Below are positions 63,201-64,000 of a DNA stretch of 64,000 nucleotides, one piece after another. Position 1 is the first letter of the stretch; each line of letters opens with the position of its first letter. The stretch comes from Eledone cirrhosa. Taxonomy: Eukaryota. The notes under the pieces were generated by a model. That model was not told the origin of the DNA. It searched no databases and saw nothing but the letters and a program-made list of their open reading frames with translations. The translations under genes and the position numbers were made by a program. The DNA is taken from the NCBI GenBank assembly GCA_964016885.1, contig OZ024743.1, forward strand, positions 16,926,001 to 16,990,000, read 5' to 3'.

Positions 63201-64000
63201 TGTATGGTTACATAACCACCGGTGAATTCATCGTCTCCGGTGGTTCCCTCACTCCACGTGATTTTTCTGTGGCATTATCACGCTGTAGACGAACATAAAT
63301 AAACAAACAAACAGGCAAAAAAAAACCCAAAAATGAATAAGCATAAATTTCATTGCAATGTAGTGTTTGAATGTCTGACTTAGTTTTTCCCTTCCCTTCT
63401 CTGTCTGTCTGTTTGTTTTTGTCTTCATTCTTATTTTCTTTACGTTTTTCGTTGTTGCTGTGCTGCTTTGATTTTGATTTTTGTTTTTTTGATTTTGACC
63501 GGGTCATCAATTCAGTTTATTTATATATTTTGATGCCTTCCTCTTTTAGTGGGTGTTCTACGATGTAGCAGGGGGTAGCGGGAGAGAATAACGACGGTAG
63601 TGATAATGAGGCAGTGGTGGTGGTGGTGGTGGTGGCGGTGCTGTGCTAGCAGCAACTAGCAGGAGGTAGTGGGAGATAATAGTGTTTATAAGGTCACCAA
63701 ATTTGCTTTCGGAAAAGGACCCTCAAACAGATTGGGGCCTTGAGCCCAACATTTAAACTTTTATAATTATCAAACACAAAATTAGTTTCAAAAAAACATG
63801 GACGACTCACAGCTACACCAGGCTGACAGCCTTCCTCACAAACTAACAGCTCACACCAACACCACTATTGTAAATATTACTACCTTTGCCAACACTAACT
63901 ATATAAGCAGTAGTATTAATTTAGATTTATCTCCTGCAGACATTCATTTCCCGCCATTAACAATGACTGCAGGTGTTGAAGCTGCCACCCCCACCACCAC

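Noticed and set aside
63190-63260. Hairpin AACCACCGG..CCGGTGGTT upstream of the Dong ORF as an HDV-like ribozyme
   Set aside because: The nested double pseudoknot could not be built by eye; only a simple stem-loop is supported.

Overview
This is AT-rich, microsatellite-dense eukaryotic DNA, most consistent with a mollusc and probably an octopus (inferred from repeat content only). No host gene can be called with confidence. The first ~40 kb is a graveyard of retroelements embedded in (TA)n/(TG)n tracts. It holds several Penelope-like element (PLE) remnants, including one near-complete decayed copy with direct terminal repeats (pLTRs), an RTE LINE fragment with a 5' inversion, two tRNA-derived SINEs and a non-autonomous Helitron. 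It also has several long fold-back palindromes and about 19 intact or degenerate type I hammerhead ribozyme (HHR) motifs read by eye. Positions 41448-59596 hold three young, full-length, head-to-tail copies of a ~6.03 kb L1/Tx1-type LINE (ORF1 with a CCHC knuckle; intact 1139-aa APE-RT-CCHC ORF2). All three are inserted in the same phase into one (ATT)n tract, which is also the 3' tail/target of an older, oppositely oriented R4/Dong element (~59669-63200). The most novel-looking signal is a 53-nt GT..AG segment in every LINE copy that spans the ORF1 stop and ORF2 start and, if spliced, would fuse ORF1 and ORF2 in frame.
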